Shown here: positions 27,800-42,159 of the stretch, in pieces
Layout: each line of letters opens with the position of its first letter
Numbering within the stretch: the stretch's first letter is position 1
Assembly: GCA_951406725.2 (NCBI GenBank)
Contig: OX597821.1
Span: 51,770,001 to 51,834,000 of the forward strand
DNA length: 64,000 bases
Origin: Octopus vulgaris
Taxonomy: Eukaryota
Direction of reading: 5' to 3'
Notes under the pieces: model-generated
What the model was told of the DNA's origin: nothing
The model's input: the letters and a program-made list of their open reading frames with translations, nothing else
Database searches by the model: none
Translations under genes and position numbers: made by a program

Positions 27800-28128
27800 T
27801 ATCAGAGCACTCCGTCGGTTACGACGACGAGGGTCCCAGCTGATACGATCAACGGAACAGCTTGCTCGTGAAATTAACGTGCAAGTGACTGAGCAATCCA
27901 CAGACACATGTACCCCTAACGTAGTTCTCAGGGAGATTCAGCCTGATACAGAATGTGACAAGGCCGGCCCTTTGAAATACAGGTACAACTCATTTTTTGC
28001 CAGTTGAGTGGACTGGAGCAACGTGAAATAAAATGTCTTGCTCAAGGACACAACGCGTCGCTGGGAATTGAACTCACGACCTTACAATCGTGAGCCGAAT
28101 GCCCTAACCACTAAGCCACGCGCCTTCA
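27800..28128 (-). mobile_element. tRNA-derived SINE family C, full length
   Basis: Minus strand ggcgcgtggcttagtggttagg (A-box), gagttcaattcc (B-box), CORE-like gtgtccttgagcaagaca, tail gtcgtcgtaaccgacggagtg. Confidence 0.88.
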
Positions 28129-28147
28129 CTGGCGCACTGACACACGA

Positions 28148-28180
<33 letters not shown>

Positions 28181-28181
28181 C

Positions 28182-28219
<38 letters not shown>

Positions 28220-28396
28220 ACGTACAGGTTTCTACAAATACACTCATATATACAATATACAGACGCACACATTCATATATGTATATACCCAGGCATATAT
28301 GTATACATGATAGCTGTCTATACGTTAGACGAGAATGACCATTGCTGACAGGGAAGTGTCACCTATAGCTATGCATACAAACATACATACATACTG

Positions 28397-28443
<47 letters not shown>

Positions 28444-28485
28444 TATACACGAGGGCATGCACACATACACACACATATATATACA

Positions 28486-28520
<35 letters not shown>

Positions 28521-28578
28521 GTCTATACATACATATATATGCAGGTATATCAATCTATATATCAATGTGTGTGTGCGT

Positions 28579-28669
<91 letters not shown>

Positions 28670-29359
28670 CGCGCGTGTGTGTGCAATCCGCTTCTTCCCA
28701 ATATCTGTCGATAACTTTAATTTCAGGTTCGATTTATTTACATTTTTCTTTTTCACATTTTTAATTACAATTGTTATGATTCTTGTGTTGGTGGTAACGT
28801 GTCTGTTTGGAGGAGACACCTTTTTCTTTTATAGTTTATTATCTCTCTCTTTCTCTTTCTCCCTCTTTCTTTCTCTCTCTGTCTCTCCCTCTGTCTCTCT
28901 CTCTCACTTGTCAGTCTATCTGTACATCAGCCTGTCCGTTTATCACTCATCTACATTTCTGTCCTTAAAATACAATGAAAGCCTGCTGTGATATTGGAAA
29001 TTCAATAAACATCCTGTATTAGACTGAAGAATTGGTTGAGAAGGCTTGGCAGTTTCAGAGACATGGTGAAAAATGTGTACTAAACTTTCTATTACATATA
29101 TATGTGGTTTGTGCGTGGGTGATAGTGTGTATGTATTTACGCATACATATACATATATACATGTACCTATACACATCTACTTATCTGTATACATATATAC
29201 ATCCACCTCTCTTTTTATCACTCTTCTGCATTTCTGTCCAGACTTAAAATACGATGAGAACCCAAGGCTATGGTAAAAAACATCAGTCCAAATTTTTTGG
29301 TAGCGAGATCGATCCCGGAATTTCATGATTGCTAACCACACTTCTTAACCGCTCGGCCA

Positions 29360-29785
29360 TCTTTTATCTTTTTTATTTACTTTCTTAAGTCATTAGACTC
29401 CGCCCATGAAGGGGCACCGCCTTTGAACAATTTTTAGTCGAATGAATCGACCCCAGTACATATTTTTAAAGCCTAGCACTTATTCTATTAGACTCTGTTG
29501 CCAAACCGCTAAGTTACCGGGACGTAAACACACCAACACCGGTTGTCAAGCAGTGGAGGTGGGACAAACACAGACACAAAGACACACATACATACACACA
29601 GAGAAATAGATATATGTATATACGCATATACGACGGGTTTCTTTCAGTTTTCGTCTACCAAATCCACTCACAAGGCTTGAGTTCGCTCGGGGCTATAGTA
29701 GGAGACACTTGCCCAAGGTGCCATGCAGTGGGACTGAACCCAGAACCATGTGGTTGGGAAGCAAACCACGCCATGCCTGCGTTCT
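29360..29785 (-). mobile_element. SINE family B
   Basis: Both halves on the minus strand. Confidence 0.88.
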
Positions 29786-29824
29786 TACACAAACACATGT
29801 GCGTGTATACACACACACATATAT

Positions 29825-29866
<42 letters not shown>

Positions 29867-29934
29867 TATAAATAATCTAGTAACAATAAACAAACTAACG
29901 TCCTGAATGCTACGGTATGTAATGATGATGAATT

Positions 29935-30355
29935 ATGGTTTCAAATTTTGGCACAAAGCCAGAAATTTTAGTGGAGGAGTAAGTAGATTAGATCGACTCC
30001 AGTACTTGACTGGTACTTTATTTTATCGACCTCCAGAAGGATGAAAGACAATGTTGAACTCAGAACGGCAAAAGCCGGGAGAAAGCTGGTAAGCATTTTG
30101 TCCGATGAGCTAACGAGTCTGACAGTTTCCCATTTTAATGACTTCAAATTTTGGCACAAGGCCAGCAATTTTAAAAAGTGGGCTAAGCCGATTACATTAC
30201 CCTCCACCCCTGTGCGCAGTTACTATTTATTTTATGCAGTGTTACTGGATGAAAAACAAACTCGACCTCGGCGATATTTGAAATCAGAACGTAAAGCCAG
30301 AAGAAATGCCACATAGCATTTCGTCAGACGGGTGGCGATTCTGCTAGCTTGCCAG
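29935..30355 (-). mobile_element. Two degenerate family A SINEs (short tail)
   Basis: ttcaaattttggcacaa tails at about 29940 and 30143; core motifs present. Confidence 0.75.
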
Positions 30356-30639
30356 ATTGCCAAATAATGAAGTTTCAAGACATTCTTGTGTATTAAATTC
30401 CACGGTGTGTCGAACTCCATGCAGAGGGTGTTGATAATAGACAAACCGCCTGACTGTAAAATGTGTCCCTTCACAAAAAGCGAAAGACAAGTGATTCCAA
30501 CCTGATCAAATGAAAGAGAAGTCCAACATGGCCAAACTTGAAACAGGGCAGGGCACGACAGTCAGGAGGATTTAAATGACGGTGGTGACATATGCGTTCT
30601 CCTTTCACAGATAGCTTTCACTCACTCCATTTGTGTGAG

Positions 30640-31060
30640 ACTGGCCACCTTGTTCATAACCTCATCTCAGTTCTTTCCAGACTAGTTGCCGGCCATGTTC
30701 CTATTGAGGCATAGACACCTACAAGTCTGAAGGTATCGCTTTCGCTGTTGTACATATCTAAGAACATCAACTTACCATCCGATTTTAGGAGAATTGTCAG
30801 TATCTCGAAATCCAGATCTTTTCGGATCAACACTGCGACTCCTTCTCCCGATCCATGCCTGCCAAGAAATGTGTCTATCTCGTAACCGTTAGATATAAGA
30901 GCCAGTGTGAGCAAAATCTTGGTTTTGATGACTGCTACCACATCTATAAATAATCACCCAAAGTCATTCAGCCGGTGAGTTTGTTTCCAAAGTGAGCCTT
31001 GAAGAATTGGTTGAGAAGGATTGACAGTTTCAAAGATATGAGCATGCATTTATACGCCTT
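30640..31060 (-). mobile_element. L1/Tx1-type LINE APE endonuclease remnant
   Basis: GVAVLIRK...SDGKLMFLD...FRLVGVYA are typical APE motifs; frame disrupted. Confidence 0.78.
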
Positions 31061-32779
31061 GCATAGATTAAAGCCATGTTGGTTGAAGAAAAGAGCAAAT
31101 GTGTTTACTCACCTTGACTTATAAGGCCTGTTACTTTGGGCTCCTTGACATGTGAGTGGAGGTTTTCAATAAGCCCTTTTAAGAGTCTCTTATCTATCCT
31201 CTTACAGAATTTTGCGGCATCACCTGCGAAGGTAGTTTTTATACTTCTGTAAGAACCCTCGGTTGGATGAGGGAGTTTATATAGGTTGTGTTATTTTGGG
31301 GTAGTTGAAACTCCACCTGCTTCTGTTTGTATTTCGTATACATATATTCTCTGTTCCATGTACTCAATTCTTACATCATTGTTTTAGATAACAACAGTGA
31401 AGTTAGTGGTTAGGGTTTGGTATGCGTTTGGTTATTGTTTCTGTGTATACATTCCTGTTCCTTTTATTTTTTTTAATATGGTCGGAGTTGTTGGTTGTGT
31501 GGATGTGTGCCTGTTTGTCGGGTTCTGAGTCACCTCATCCAATGTGATGGATTTTCTTTATGAATGACACATTTTTTCATACTATTTTTTCCTCCCAACT
31601 AGGTTCCATTTGGTAAGCCTTTCGACTTGATCTTGCCGCACGATTTCGTCTAGTAGAAGAAATCTACGGCAAGATGGAAAAAATATGTCAGTGAAAATAT
31701 GTCTGTGTGCATGTTTATAGTCTTGGAATTGTTGGGGGGGGGTTAAGGTTATGGTGGTGTTAATGTTTTGTCTAGACACATGAAAAATAAAGAATACAAC
31801 TGAAGATTATATAAATGTTTGCAATCAGTTTCAGGCTGCAGGTGATCGTCAAACATATTAAACAACTTGAAAAAAACTTGAAATTTTCAACTATTTCGCC
31901 AGACATTAAGTTTTGAATCAAGTGCCATTAGTATTTGTTTTGTTGTTATGGCGTTATGGTCGGTTTGCTTGTATGTTGATCATTTATTGGTAATACTTCA
32001 AATTATTCTAATAGAATTTATTCCTTGCCTAGAATTTGCTATTAATTCATATTATGTTTGGATTTTGTTATTGTTGTTATTGCTGTTTTTGTTGTCAAGG
32101 TCGTTTCCATCGGATGGTAATTGTTGCTGTTGTGGTGGTTCAGAAGACTGAAAAAAAAACATTTTTCTACTTCTTTTCTGTCGCTTGAACTGTAGTGACC
32201 ACAGTGTACATCTCCTTTGGATTGGCATATAAAACATATTTTCATTATAAAGCACGGCTATCTAAGTCTGTAAAGGTACTTGGCTACCACTTCAGATCAC
32301 ATCCTGTCACTGATATTCAGTCTTGCCCATCTACGGTCCACATACTACACGTTCACATCCCGCTTCACCGAGCTGTAAACAAGTGTTACAACTCATCGTT
32401 GTAAGCCGTAGAAGTAGCACTGTAAAATCACGAGTGTTTCGTTAGCTTGCAATGCTGAGTTCTAACTCCTCTCATGAGTTACAGCTTGAATGCAGAGATA
32501 AACTTAGGCATTTTTTTCTAAATACTTTAAATCGAGATGACCTTGGTCATTGAGGGAGTTTTTACATATCCTTATTTTCTCTAATTAGCTAAGATGAGGA
32601 AGAGAAGCATCCATGCTTTTTTAAGGACCCACACAGCTGACAGAGGTAGTTACTCTCGCACCTAAGACCTAGCCTGAATGCTTGCAAAAGAGATGATTCC
32701 TCTGAAGGTAATCAAGGACCTTGTAGTATGCTTTGAATGTGCTACAGAAAGCGATCAGTAAGAGTGTCGGGCTATTTCC

Positions 32780-33150
32780 TTAGTATAGAAAGCGCTGCTA
32801 AGTTTGCAAAAGATATGTGTGCCTTGCCAACCTGTCGCCATCAACTTCAACGCAACAAGCCATTCATTACTCGTTATCAGTTGCAGCATCTCCGCACACC
32901 TTGGTTCCACATACTCAACGAAACAAGGAACAACGTTTCATATTCGAACTTAGTACCATGTCACCGACAAGTTTAAATGAACGCCATTCCTTTTACTCCT
33001 CCATCTACCCTTATTTGAGCAATCTCTTTTTTATTCTTCAACTTCCTTCTCACCTTCACCTTTTCTCATTTATTCTCATTTCCTTTCCCTTTTCTCCTAC
33101 CTTTTCACCAAATTACTCTCTATTCCTATTTTTTGTTTACGTATGAAGTT
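32780..33150 (+). mobile_element. Penelope-like element GIY-YIG C-terminal remnant
   Basis: RNKEQRFIFELSTMSPTSLNERHSF resembles the PLE terminus EQxxIFxLxTxxPxGLNxxF; pyrimidine-rich UTR follows. Confidence 0.7.
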
Positions 33151-33377
33151 CATATGGTCTTGCATTCCTCATCAGTTGCAGCCAGTTTCTCATAGACATG
33201 CAACGCAAAACTCGCCTGTCTTTGTCTAATTTCACTGCTATCAACTTTTCCCTAAAGATGAACTCCATCCGAGACGTTGGATTTCCTACAACCCACGGCA
33301 GTTTCACTGTGCATTTTTTGTCGATCTTTCTAAATCACACATACATTTATACATATATATTTATACATATATATACA

Positions 33378-33810
33378 GAAGTGGTTGTGTGGTAAGTAGT
33401 TTGCTTACTAACCACATGGTTCCGAGTTCAGTCCCACTACGTGACACCATGGGCAAGTGTATTCTCGGGCCGACCAAAGCCTTGTAAGTGGATTTGGTAG
33501 ACGAAACTGATAGAAGCACGTCGTATATATACATATGTGTGTATATACATGTGTGTGTGTATACATGTGTGTGTGCGTGTGTGTATGTGTATGTGTATGT
33601 GTGTGTGTGTGTGTGTGTCCTCCATCGCTTGACAACTGATGCTGGTGTTTACGTCCCCGTAACTTAGCGGTTCGGCAAAAAAAGAGACCGATCGAATAAG
33701 TACTAGGCTTACAAAGAATAAGTCGTGGAGTCGATTTATTCAACTAAAGGCGGTGCTCCAGCATGGCCTCAGTCAAATGACTGAAACAAATGAAAGAATA
33801 AAAGAATAAA
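33378..33810 (+). mobile_element. SINE family B
   Basis: Collinear with the other family B copies. Confidence 0.9.
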
Positions 33811-34434
33811 AAAACGCATATAATAATGTATATCTGTTCACTTGGATTCCTCTTATAGCTACTCGTAACTACGCAGACTCGGTCCTCTGTAAAGATTTCA
33901 GATTGCAAGATGAAATCATTTGAGTGCTACTAAGCGTCTTCTATACTGAGCATCTCTGGATTTCATCTGATACATACATACATACGTACATACATACATA
34001 CATGCATGCATACATGCATGCATGCATGCATACATACATGCATGCATACATGCATGCATGCATGCATGCATACATACATGCATACATACATGCATGCATA
34101 CATATTACATACGTACATATGTACGTACATATGTACGTACGTAAGTATGCATATTCGCATATTCAAAATAACAGATGCGCACGCGCACACACAAACATAT
34201 ATACATACACAATTATTCAGTCGATTTCAAGCTATACATCTCCGACTAAACATTTTTATTATAAGACCTTTCCCCTCTATTAGTTCCTCGTATATTTTCT
34301 CGTTTAAATTTCCTTTATCACACAACTGCGGATAAGAAAAAAGATATCCCATTCAACTGACCAGTACAATGTTTCTCCTTATTCAATTGGCCAGTGTAAC
34401 TCTCTCTCTCTCTCTCTCTATCTATCTCTCTCTC

Positions 34435-34484
<50 letters not shown>

Positions 34485-34719
34485 CCTCTCCCCCCTCTCT
34501 CTCTCTCATCAAGAAAGCAAGTTAAGTATTCTTTTTATCTTCGAATTTGCATTTTGTTCTTCTTCATGAAAAAGCAAAATGGCCGACATTATTCACTCTT
34601 TCCGTTTTGAAAAAGAAATGAAATTCTTTTCCCCCTTGTATACTTCCTCCTCCCCCTCTCCCTGCTACCTCTCGTTCTGGTTTAATATGATTTGAAGCAC
34701 CGACGCATTTTACATCAGT

Positions 34720-34720
34720 T

Positions 34721-34763
<43 letters not shown>

Positions 34764-34904
34764 GCTGCTACTGCTACTGCTGCTGCTGCCACCATCACCA
34801 TCATCACTACTTCTTTTATCAATACTACTGTCGTTCTGCTTATTGTTATTATTATTATCATTATCCTAATCATTATTATTAGTAGTAGCAGTAGTAGTAG
34901 TAGT

Positions 34905-34962
<58 letters not shown>
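34720..34962. repeat. Compound trinucleotide microsatellites (ACT/GCT/ATT/AGT/AGC)
   Basis: Seen directly. Confidence 0.9.
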
Positions 34963-35209
34963 ATGTAAAGGATACTGTCGTGCCGCTTATTTTCATTGTA
35001 GCGCAATCATTAAATTCTATTAGTATTTCTTAAATTTTCCTATTTCATCACACTACACCAGATGGCATTCTCAATTATATTTTAATATCTATCTTTCTTC
35101 TTTAAAAAAATTTTTTTACCTCCAACAACGACGCAATATATAACCGCAGAAGAAATTACTGCGCAAAAGACCTTAGTTCTTACTCCAAAGTCTGAACATT
35201 ATCTTTTAC

Positions 35210-35505
35210 CAGCGCCTTGAAGAACTTTTAGTCAAATGAATCGGTTTCAAAATTTTTTTTTCTAAGCCTTGTCCTTATACTAGCTGTCTCTTTTATCGAA
35301 CCGCTAAAATATGGAAACGTAAAAACACCAATACCGGTTGCCAAGGGTTGGTAGGGACAAACATGCACACACACATACTCACATACACACATAAACACAC
35401 ACACATATAACAGGCTTCTTTCAGTTTCCATCAACCAAATCCACTCACAAGGCTTTGGTCGGCCATGCTGTAATAGAAGACACTTGCCCAAGGTTCCACG
35501 CTGCA
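35210..35505 (-). mobile_element. SINE family B, partial
   Basis: caaatccactcacaaggctttggtcggcc...agacacttgcccaagg. Confidence 0.8.
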
Positions 35506-35529
35506 CCTATAATTTTGCAATGAGATCGG

Positions 35530-36250
35530 TGAATGTTCCGCTTTAGAAAATTATAGAGGATTAGTGGCGGGGAAGTGCGACGACGTTCTCGGGGAGACTC
35601 TGGACACCCACGAGAACGAACTGGCTAGTCTGTTCCGGAGGACTTTCCGGTCGGAAACTCTCATAGATAATTTCCAGATGTCCTTGGCCTGGCAGCGCTA
35701 TCAGTGGGCGCTAACGGTTCGAGATTATCTCTACAAGCACGGATGTGCTGTCAAATGGACTTGTCCGAGGTGCGCGCAGACTGGCCCTCGTTCAGTGACC
35801 GGACATTGCTGACTTGTGGGGTTATGTTGAACAGCTGCTGTCACGTATGGGACAGATCCGTCTGTCGGCCGAGTCTGTAGTGATGATCGCACCGCCGCCC
35901 TCCTTCATTCAAGGAGGCAAGGCAGTTTTCCTTTGCCTGGTGACTGTGACGAAAGAGGTTGTTTGGTGAACATTCCTCTTTGGTAGAGCTCTCATTGACT
36001 TCTTCAAGTTTCACTTGAAAAGGAAATTGAGACTGGAGAGGGAATTTCTGTCCTCGAGTGAAAGATGGGTGAAAGTTGCGAAAATGGCAAAAGTGGATGG
36101 CACCTCTCTAAGTGTAGACCTTTGCGTCGGAGAGAAGGAATTGAAGAGGGCACTTGCTCCTAAGGTCTCAGGGAAATCTCGGACAATGGGGTTCCTCGAT
36201 TATCCCTAGAGACGTTCCTGTATGATGAGGGCTACATCTCTATCATTCTC
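35530..36250 (+). mobile_element. Tx1/L1-type LINE ORF2 C-terminal (zf-RVT region) remnant
   Basis: GC-richer island; SLAWQ...ALTVRDYLYKHG...CPRC motif; frameshifted. Confidence 0.75.
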
Positions 36251-36293
36251 CCCGCCAATTTTTTACCTTCGGGGTCGATTAAATAAATACCAG

Positions 36294-36348
<55 letters not shown>

Positions 36349-36349
<1 letters not shown>

Positions 36350-36560
36350 GGCGTCGAGCTGGCAGAATAGTTAGCACGCCGGGCGAAATGCTTAGCGGTA
36401 TTTCGCCTGTCGCTACGTTCTGAGTTCAAATTCCACCGAAGTTGACTTTACATTTAACCTTTCGGGGTCAATAAAATTAGTACCAGTTGAAGAGTGGGGT
36501 CGATGTAATTGACTCGCCCCTTCCCCCAAAATTGCTGCCCGAGTGGAAAAATTTGAAACC
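36349..36560 (+). mobile_element. SINE family A (short tail) between (ATT)n arrays
   Basis: aggcgtcgagctggcagaatagttagc head and core. Confidence 0.88.
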
Positions 36561-36620
36561 ATCATCATCATCATTATTATTATTATTATTAGTAGTAGTA
36601 GTAGTAGTAGTAGTATTAGC

Positions 36621-37905
36621 ACCTTCTTTCAATTCTGTTTCCATTTCTTGCCGAGTGTCTTCCTGACACCTAGGGCTGGGGAACGTACTGTATACATTGG
36701 TAGGCCATTAAAATAAACACACCAGATCGTTCATTCACGAAGTCATGTGATAGAGAAAAAGGAGAAGACAGCGAGATAAAGAAAAAATAACAAGTAAAAA
36801 AATAGACAAATAAAATAAAGAGGGAGAGAAAAGAAAAGAAAATTCACAGCGACACTGCCCTTCTCAATACCAGTTAAGACAATCTTTTGCACTTCCTGCA
36901 TGGATGAAAATAATTTTCAGTTCCTTTTTTGATCATTCTCAGTGCTCCTACAATCATTGATATTGTAACTGTCTTGAGATGCAACATCTTTTCGATTTTG
37001 ATTAGCAAATCTTTATATTTTCTGAGTTTATCAAATTCTTTTCCCGTGATATTATTGTCACAGGGTATGTTCATATCAATCAATAAACAGATTTTATTGT
37101 TTTTGTCTTTCACAAGAATATCTGGTATTTGCTTTGATTGTCTGGTTTGTACATACCGGGAAGTCCCAAGGAATAGTTACATTTTCTCCCTCAATTTTAT
37201 AATGCCGACACATTATCCAGTATAGATATTGGCCAACTGAGTCATGTCTTCATTTGTGCCCTACAGGAGCTAAAACCTTACATACAGAGATTAGGTGGGC
37301 CATTGTTTCTATCCAATCGATAAAGTATCGGCATTTTGGGTCTACACCATTTTTCACCACATTGGCTTGATAGTTCCAGGTCAATAAGCTTGGGCAGACA
37401 AAATAAAGCCTTCACTCACTGTCTTTAGCTCTGGTCTACATCAGCTTGTTTGCTACGGGCCACATATTTACCATGCAGAGCTTTTTGTTCCCACCTATCC
37501 ACCAATTATTCAAACGCATTTTGCTTTGCTATTGGTTTCACTTTCTTTGCAACTACAGTTGCTGCACTTCCATCAATGCTGTTCAACCTGCATTAAGTCA
37601 CTTGAAACTTTTTTGATCTCCATAACAGAATGAATCTTCTTGCGTCTTTCATGGTTTTCAACGAGCGTTAGCATCCAGTCGTTAGATGTTTCAAGATATC
37701 TTGCCAGTCCAGTTGTGGTAGTTTTGCAGATTTCAGATTGGATCAAGCCTCGACTTCCTTGAGCTCTGGGTAGGTAAAGTCGATCTGCGTCTGCTTTTGG
37801 ATGGTGCATCTTACTGCAAGTCAGCAGCTTACGGATTTTCCTATCAATCTTCCTTATTTCGCTCATATTCCAGTTCAACACATTGAAACTGAAATAGCAG
37901 CCATA
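36621..37905 (-). mobile_element. 5'-truncated R4/Dong-clade non-LTR retrotransposon (restriction-like endonuclease)
   Basis: IDRKIRKLLT..MHHPKADADRLYLPRAQGSRGL (post-RT) and KPDI..KDK..CLLIDMNIP.D.N...KE..K..KYKDL...IVGAL (RLE); the 3' end abuts a (TAC)n(TAA)n array. Confidence 0.88.
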
Positions 37906-38364
37906 CTGTGTGTATTATTTAAAAAAATATATATGTATGTATATGTATGTATATTTATATGCACACACATATCTATGTGTGTATATATACATATATATAT
38001 ACAGTCAATTTTAAAAATACAGATAAAAAAACAAACAAACGAACGTGGAGACATCGCATAAGTAATGTTTTAGTATGACGCTCAGAGAAAGAGGAGAGTA
38101 GTTGTTTTACGTTTCGAACATAGCTCTTCGGAAACAGGGAAAACAGGAAAGTCCAAAGGGAAAGAAGGAAGAACGAAAAAATCGCCAATAGTCCACGTGA
38201 GGTTACATTTCTGAAGGGACCAGAAGTAGAAGGAGGAGGAGAAAGTGCTTTCTGGGACAGAAGAGTCTGAAGACAGAAGGTGCGTGCGTGTGTATGTGTG
38301 TGTTGGTGTGTGGTGTGTCTGGTAGCCTTTGCGTGTGGTAGCCTCTGTGTGTGTGTACGTGTGC

Positions 38365-38419
<55 letters not shown>

Positions 38420-38834
38420 CGATAGCCTGTGTATATATGGTAGCACGTATGTGTGGCAGTAACTATACGCACGCGCGCATGTGTGTACGTGAGCGTGTGA
38501 GCGTGTGCGTGTGTGCGTGTGTGCGTGTGGTGGTAATTGTGAGTGTGTGTAAGGGTATGAGTGGAAGCGTGTATGTGCTATTAACTGTATGTGTGCGTTT
38601 GTGTTAACTTTAAGTGTTTGTGTTTGTATGAGAAGTATGTGTGTGTGTTTGGGGAGATTCTTTCCTTCATTTAGTTGATGGAGTTCCTCGTCTTTCAATT
38701 TCATTTTCTAATCTCCATCTATATTCTGAAGAACAACCATATCTGAAACGTCGTAATTAAATCTTTCCACTTCTCTGAACATCAAACTATTAATATTTTT
38801 CATAAATCTATCCCGAGTTGTTTTCGTTTACCTC

Positions 38835-38925
<91 letters not shown>

Positions 38926-38955
38926 TCACTATGTTTGTTTCTATCTACCGAGTTA

Positions 38956-38987
<32 letters not shown>

Positions 38988-39258
38988 CATACATACATTT
39001 ACGCGCACCACGAGTGTACACAACACAACACAGACACAACATACACACACAAACACACACACATGCACACACACACACACGCACATACACTCAAACACAA
39101 ATATTTTATCTTTCTAGAAAGCTATTAAAGAGAATTATGTGATATTAAGGCAACAATAACTCGACTTCTTTGAAATTCCCAGGAGTAAATACTGAAAATT
39201 AAGGATATTTTTAGCCTAACAATAAGAAAACTGATGTTGTGAGTGTGTGTATATCTGT

Positions 39259-39273
39259 CAGAGAGAGAGAGAG

Positions 39274-39331
<58 letters not shown>

Positions 39332-39640
39332 GAGGGAGAGAGATAAGGAGGGATAGAGAGAGAAGGATGGAGAGAGTGAAGGAGGGAGTGAGAGAAAGAG
39401 GGAGAGGGGAAGGGAGAGAGAAGAGGGAGAGAGAGAAGGAGGGAGAGAGAAAAAGAGGGAGAGAGAGAAGGAGGGAGAGAGAGATGGAGGGAAAGTGAAT
39501 ATGCTGGTGAGAAAGGGAGACAGCTAGAGAGTGTATGTATGTGTGTAAGCGAGAGAGAGAGAAAGAGGGTATGTCAGTGAGTGAGAGGGAAATAGAGAGA
39601 GAGAGAGAGAAGGAGACAGACAAGCAGACATACAGACAGA
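39259..39640. repeat. (GA)n/(GT)n and polypurine tract
   Basis: Seen directly. Confidence 0.9.
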
Positions 39641-39912
39641 GCGTGTGTTTGCGTATGCGTGTCAATTTATTCCTTTTGTGCGTACGTGTGCGTATATTTG
39701 TGCTTCATTCTCCAGTTATGTATGTTTGTGTTGTTAGCATATATATACATACATGCATCTATAAGCGTTGTATTTCATTGTGTTCGTGTTTGTGTGTGTG
39801 TGTGCACGCGAACATAAATCTTGATATACAGTTGTCAGTATGTGTTTGTTTGTGTTTGCCCTTCCGTCACTGGTGAACTACATGTACGCGTAAACTGTAT
39901 ATATATATATAA

Positions 39913-39971
<59 letters not shown>

Positions 39972-40189
39972 AGAAAGTATACTAGACCCTTAATATTTTA
40001 TATTCAATATTTCATCTATTCAATAAGACAATCAATACTTCATTTCATTTTATTATATATACTATTTATACTATATATTCTATGTTCTACATTAATATTA
40101 TAAAGAATATAAATAAAACAAAAAAAAACAGACAGAGTTGGAATTCCTTTGAATAATATATATCCATCTATACACAATCATACAAACCC

Positions 40190-40288
<99 letters not shown>

Positions 40289-40694
40289 TATATTTGTATG
40301 TATTCCTTTGTATGTGCGTATTTGTTTAAATGCGCAGAAGACAGAGAAAACAGTATTTCATGCGTATAGGCATAAATATTCGTGAATATACAAACATAAA
40401 CCTAGTGTATGTTTGTATATTCACGTCTACTTATTATCAGTTCGTCTGTGTATTTGTGTATTCAAGCATATCTCATATATTAATGCGTATATGCTATACC
40501 TGCCCGTTTATTTTGGTGGCTGACATTTTCGAGAGAGTATATATTTAAAATTCAACAAGTATCCTGCTGATAAAACTTCATTTAATATCTTTGATATATT
40601 TGCAATAAGAAAAGATTTATGGATGTAATTGAAGTCAATTGAACAATCGCATTTAATTTCATACAAAAACCTAATGAATAATCTTTAATGGTTG

Positions 40695-41215
40695 GGTGGA
40701 ACGAAGCTTGCTTACCAACCACACGGTCCGGGGTTCAGTACCACTGCGTGGCACCTTCGGCAAGTGTCTTCTACTATTATAGTGTCGAGCCGACCAAAGT
40801 CTTGTGAGTGGATTTGGTAGAAAGGAAACTGAAAGAAGCCCGTCGTATATACATATATGTGTGTATGTGTGTGCGCGCGCGCGTGCGTGGTTTTGTGTCG
40901 TTGTTTACCCCCACCATCGCTTGACAACCGGTGGTGGTGTGATTAAGGCGGCGAGCTAGCAGAAACGTTAGCACGCCGGGCGAAATGCTTAGCGGTATTT
41001 CGTCTGCCGCTACGTTCTGAGTTCAAATTCCGCCGAGGTCGACTTTGCCTTTCATCCTTTCGGGGTCGATAAATTAAGTACCAGTTACGCACTGGGGTCG
41101 ATGTAATCGACTTAATACCTATGTCTGTCCTTGTTTGTCCCCTCTATGTTTAGCCCCTTGTGGGTAATAAAGAAATAGGTGGTGGTGTGTTTACGTCCCC
41201 GTAACCTAGCGGTTC
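40695..41215 (+). mobile_element. SINE family B interrupted by a family A SINE
   Basis: Family B sequence resumes after the TSD at 41178. Confidence 0.88.
40946..41177 (+). mobile_element. Young full-length SINE family A with 12-bp TSD
   Basis: TSD ggtggtggtgtg at 40930-40941 and 41178-41189. Confidence 0.95.
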
Positions 41216-41709
41216 TGATACCATGAAAGATTAACACTTCGTTACAAATCCTCAAACTCCGTTCTTTATCATATAACATTAGTAATATTATGTCACTTAA
41301 TGGTCCTCCCTTTTTAGGTTTTAATTACTCGTGTTACCGAGATATATTCCAATCATACGTCCCTATTTTATCATGTTTTACTGTATCGTATCATTAATTA
41401 TTGTAATAGTAAATATCTAATCAGCCTCCTATTTCTATTTTTGCATCTGTTCATTTATATCGCTATTCAGGTGTTCAAGTACTCGTCTGCTTATTTATAT
41501 TTACCTCCTGTTTTAAAATATTTCCTTAAATATTCACTCATGCCAAAGTAATCACTTGTTCTCCTACGCCCTCACAAAAGATTCCTACAAATATTGGTTA
41601 CTTCTCGCTTGTAGCACAATTTGTATTAATCAATCATTTTCCACATCACATATTGATGTACCGTTATCATACTGTAATTTATCTCACTTTATTCAATAAA
41701 CTCTATAAA

Positions 41710-41745
<36 letters not shown>

Positions 41746-41840
41746 ATGTATGTATGTATGTATGTATGTATGCATGTATGTTTGTATGTATGTATGTATG
41801 TATGTATGTATGTATGTATGTATGTATGTCTGTATGTATG

Positions 41841-42085
41841 TCATTACTCAGTTTATTTCAAGATTTCTTGCCAATAGAGAAAGAACCGGTTTCTAACCTA
41901 GATTCAAGGCTCCTTATTGGATATTCAACATCAACAACAGGGTATGTTTGTATGTATGTATATATGTATGTATGTATGTCATTATTCAGTTTTATTTCAA
42001 GATGTCTTGCCAATAGAGAAAGAACCGGTTTCTAACCTAGATCTAAGGTTCCTTCATTGGAATTTCAACATCAACAACAGGGTAT
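41841..42085 (-). mobile_element. Two tandem copies of the 100-bp 3' module of the (CATA)n-associated RLE element
   Basis: 41841-41943 and 41979-42085 are both reverse complements of 26633-26730. Confidence 0.75.
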
Positions 42086-42159
42086 TTTCGTTTGTATGTA
42101 TGTATGTATGTATGTATGTATGTATGTATGTATGTATGTATGTATGTATGTATGTATGT

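Noticed and set aside
37973-38704. Longest ORF (243 aa, minus strand)
   Set aside because: Stop-free because of degenerate (CA)n sequence; no protein motif.
41841-42085. Tandem hammerhead dimer (minus strand CCAATGA...GAAACCGGTTC)
   Set aside because: The core is non-canonical, and the module is better explained as the 3' UTR of the CATA-associated RLE element.
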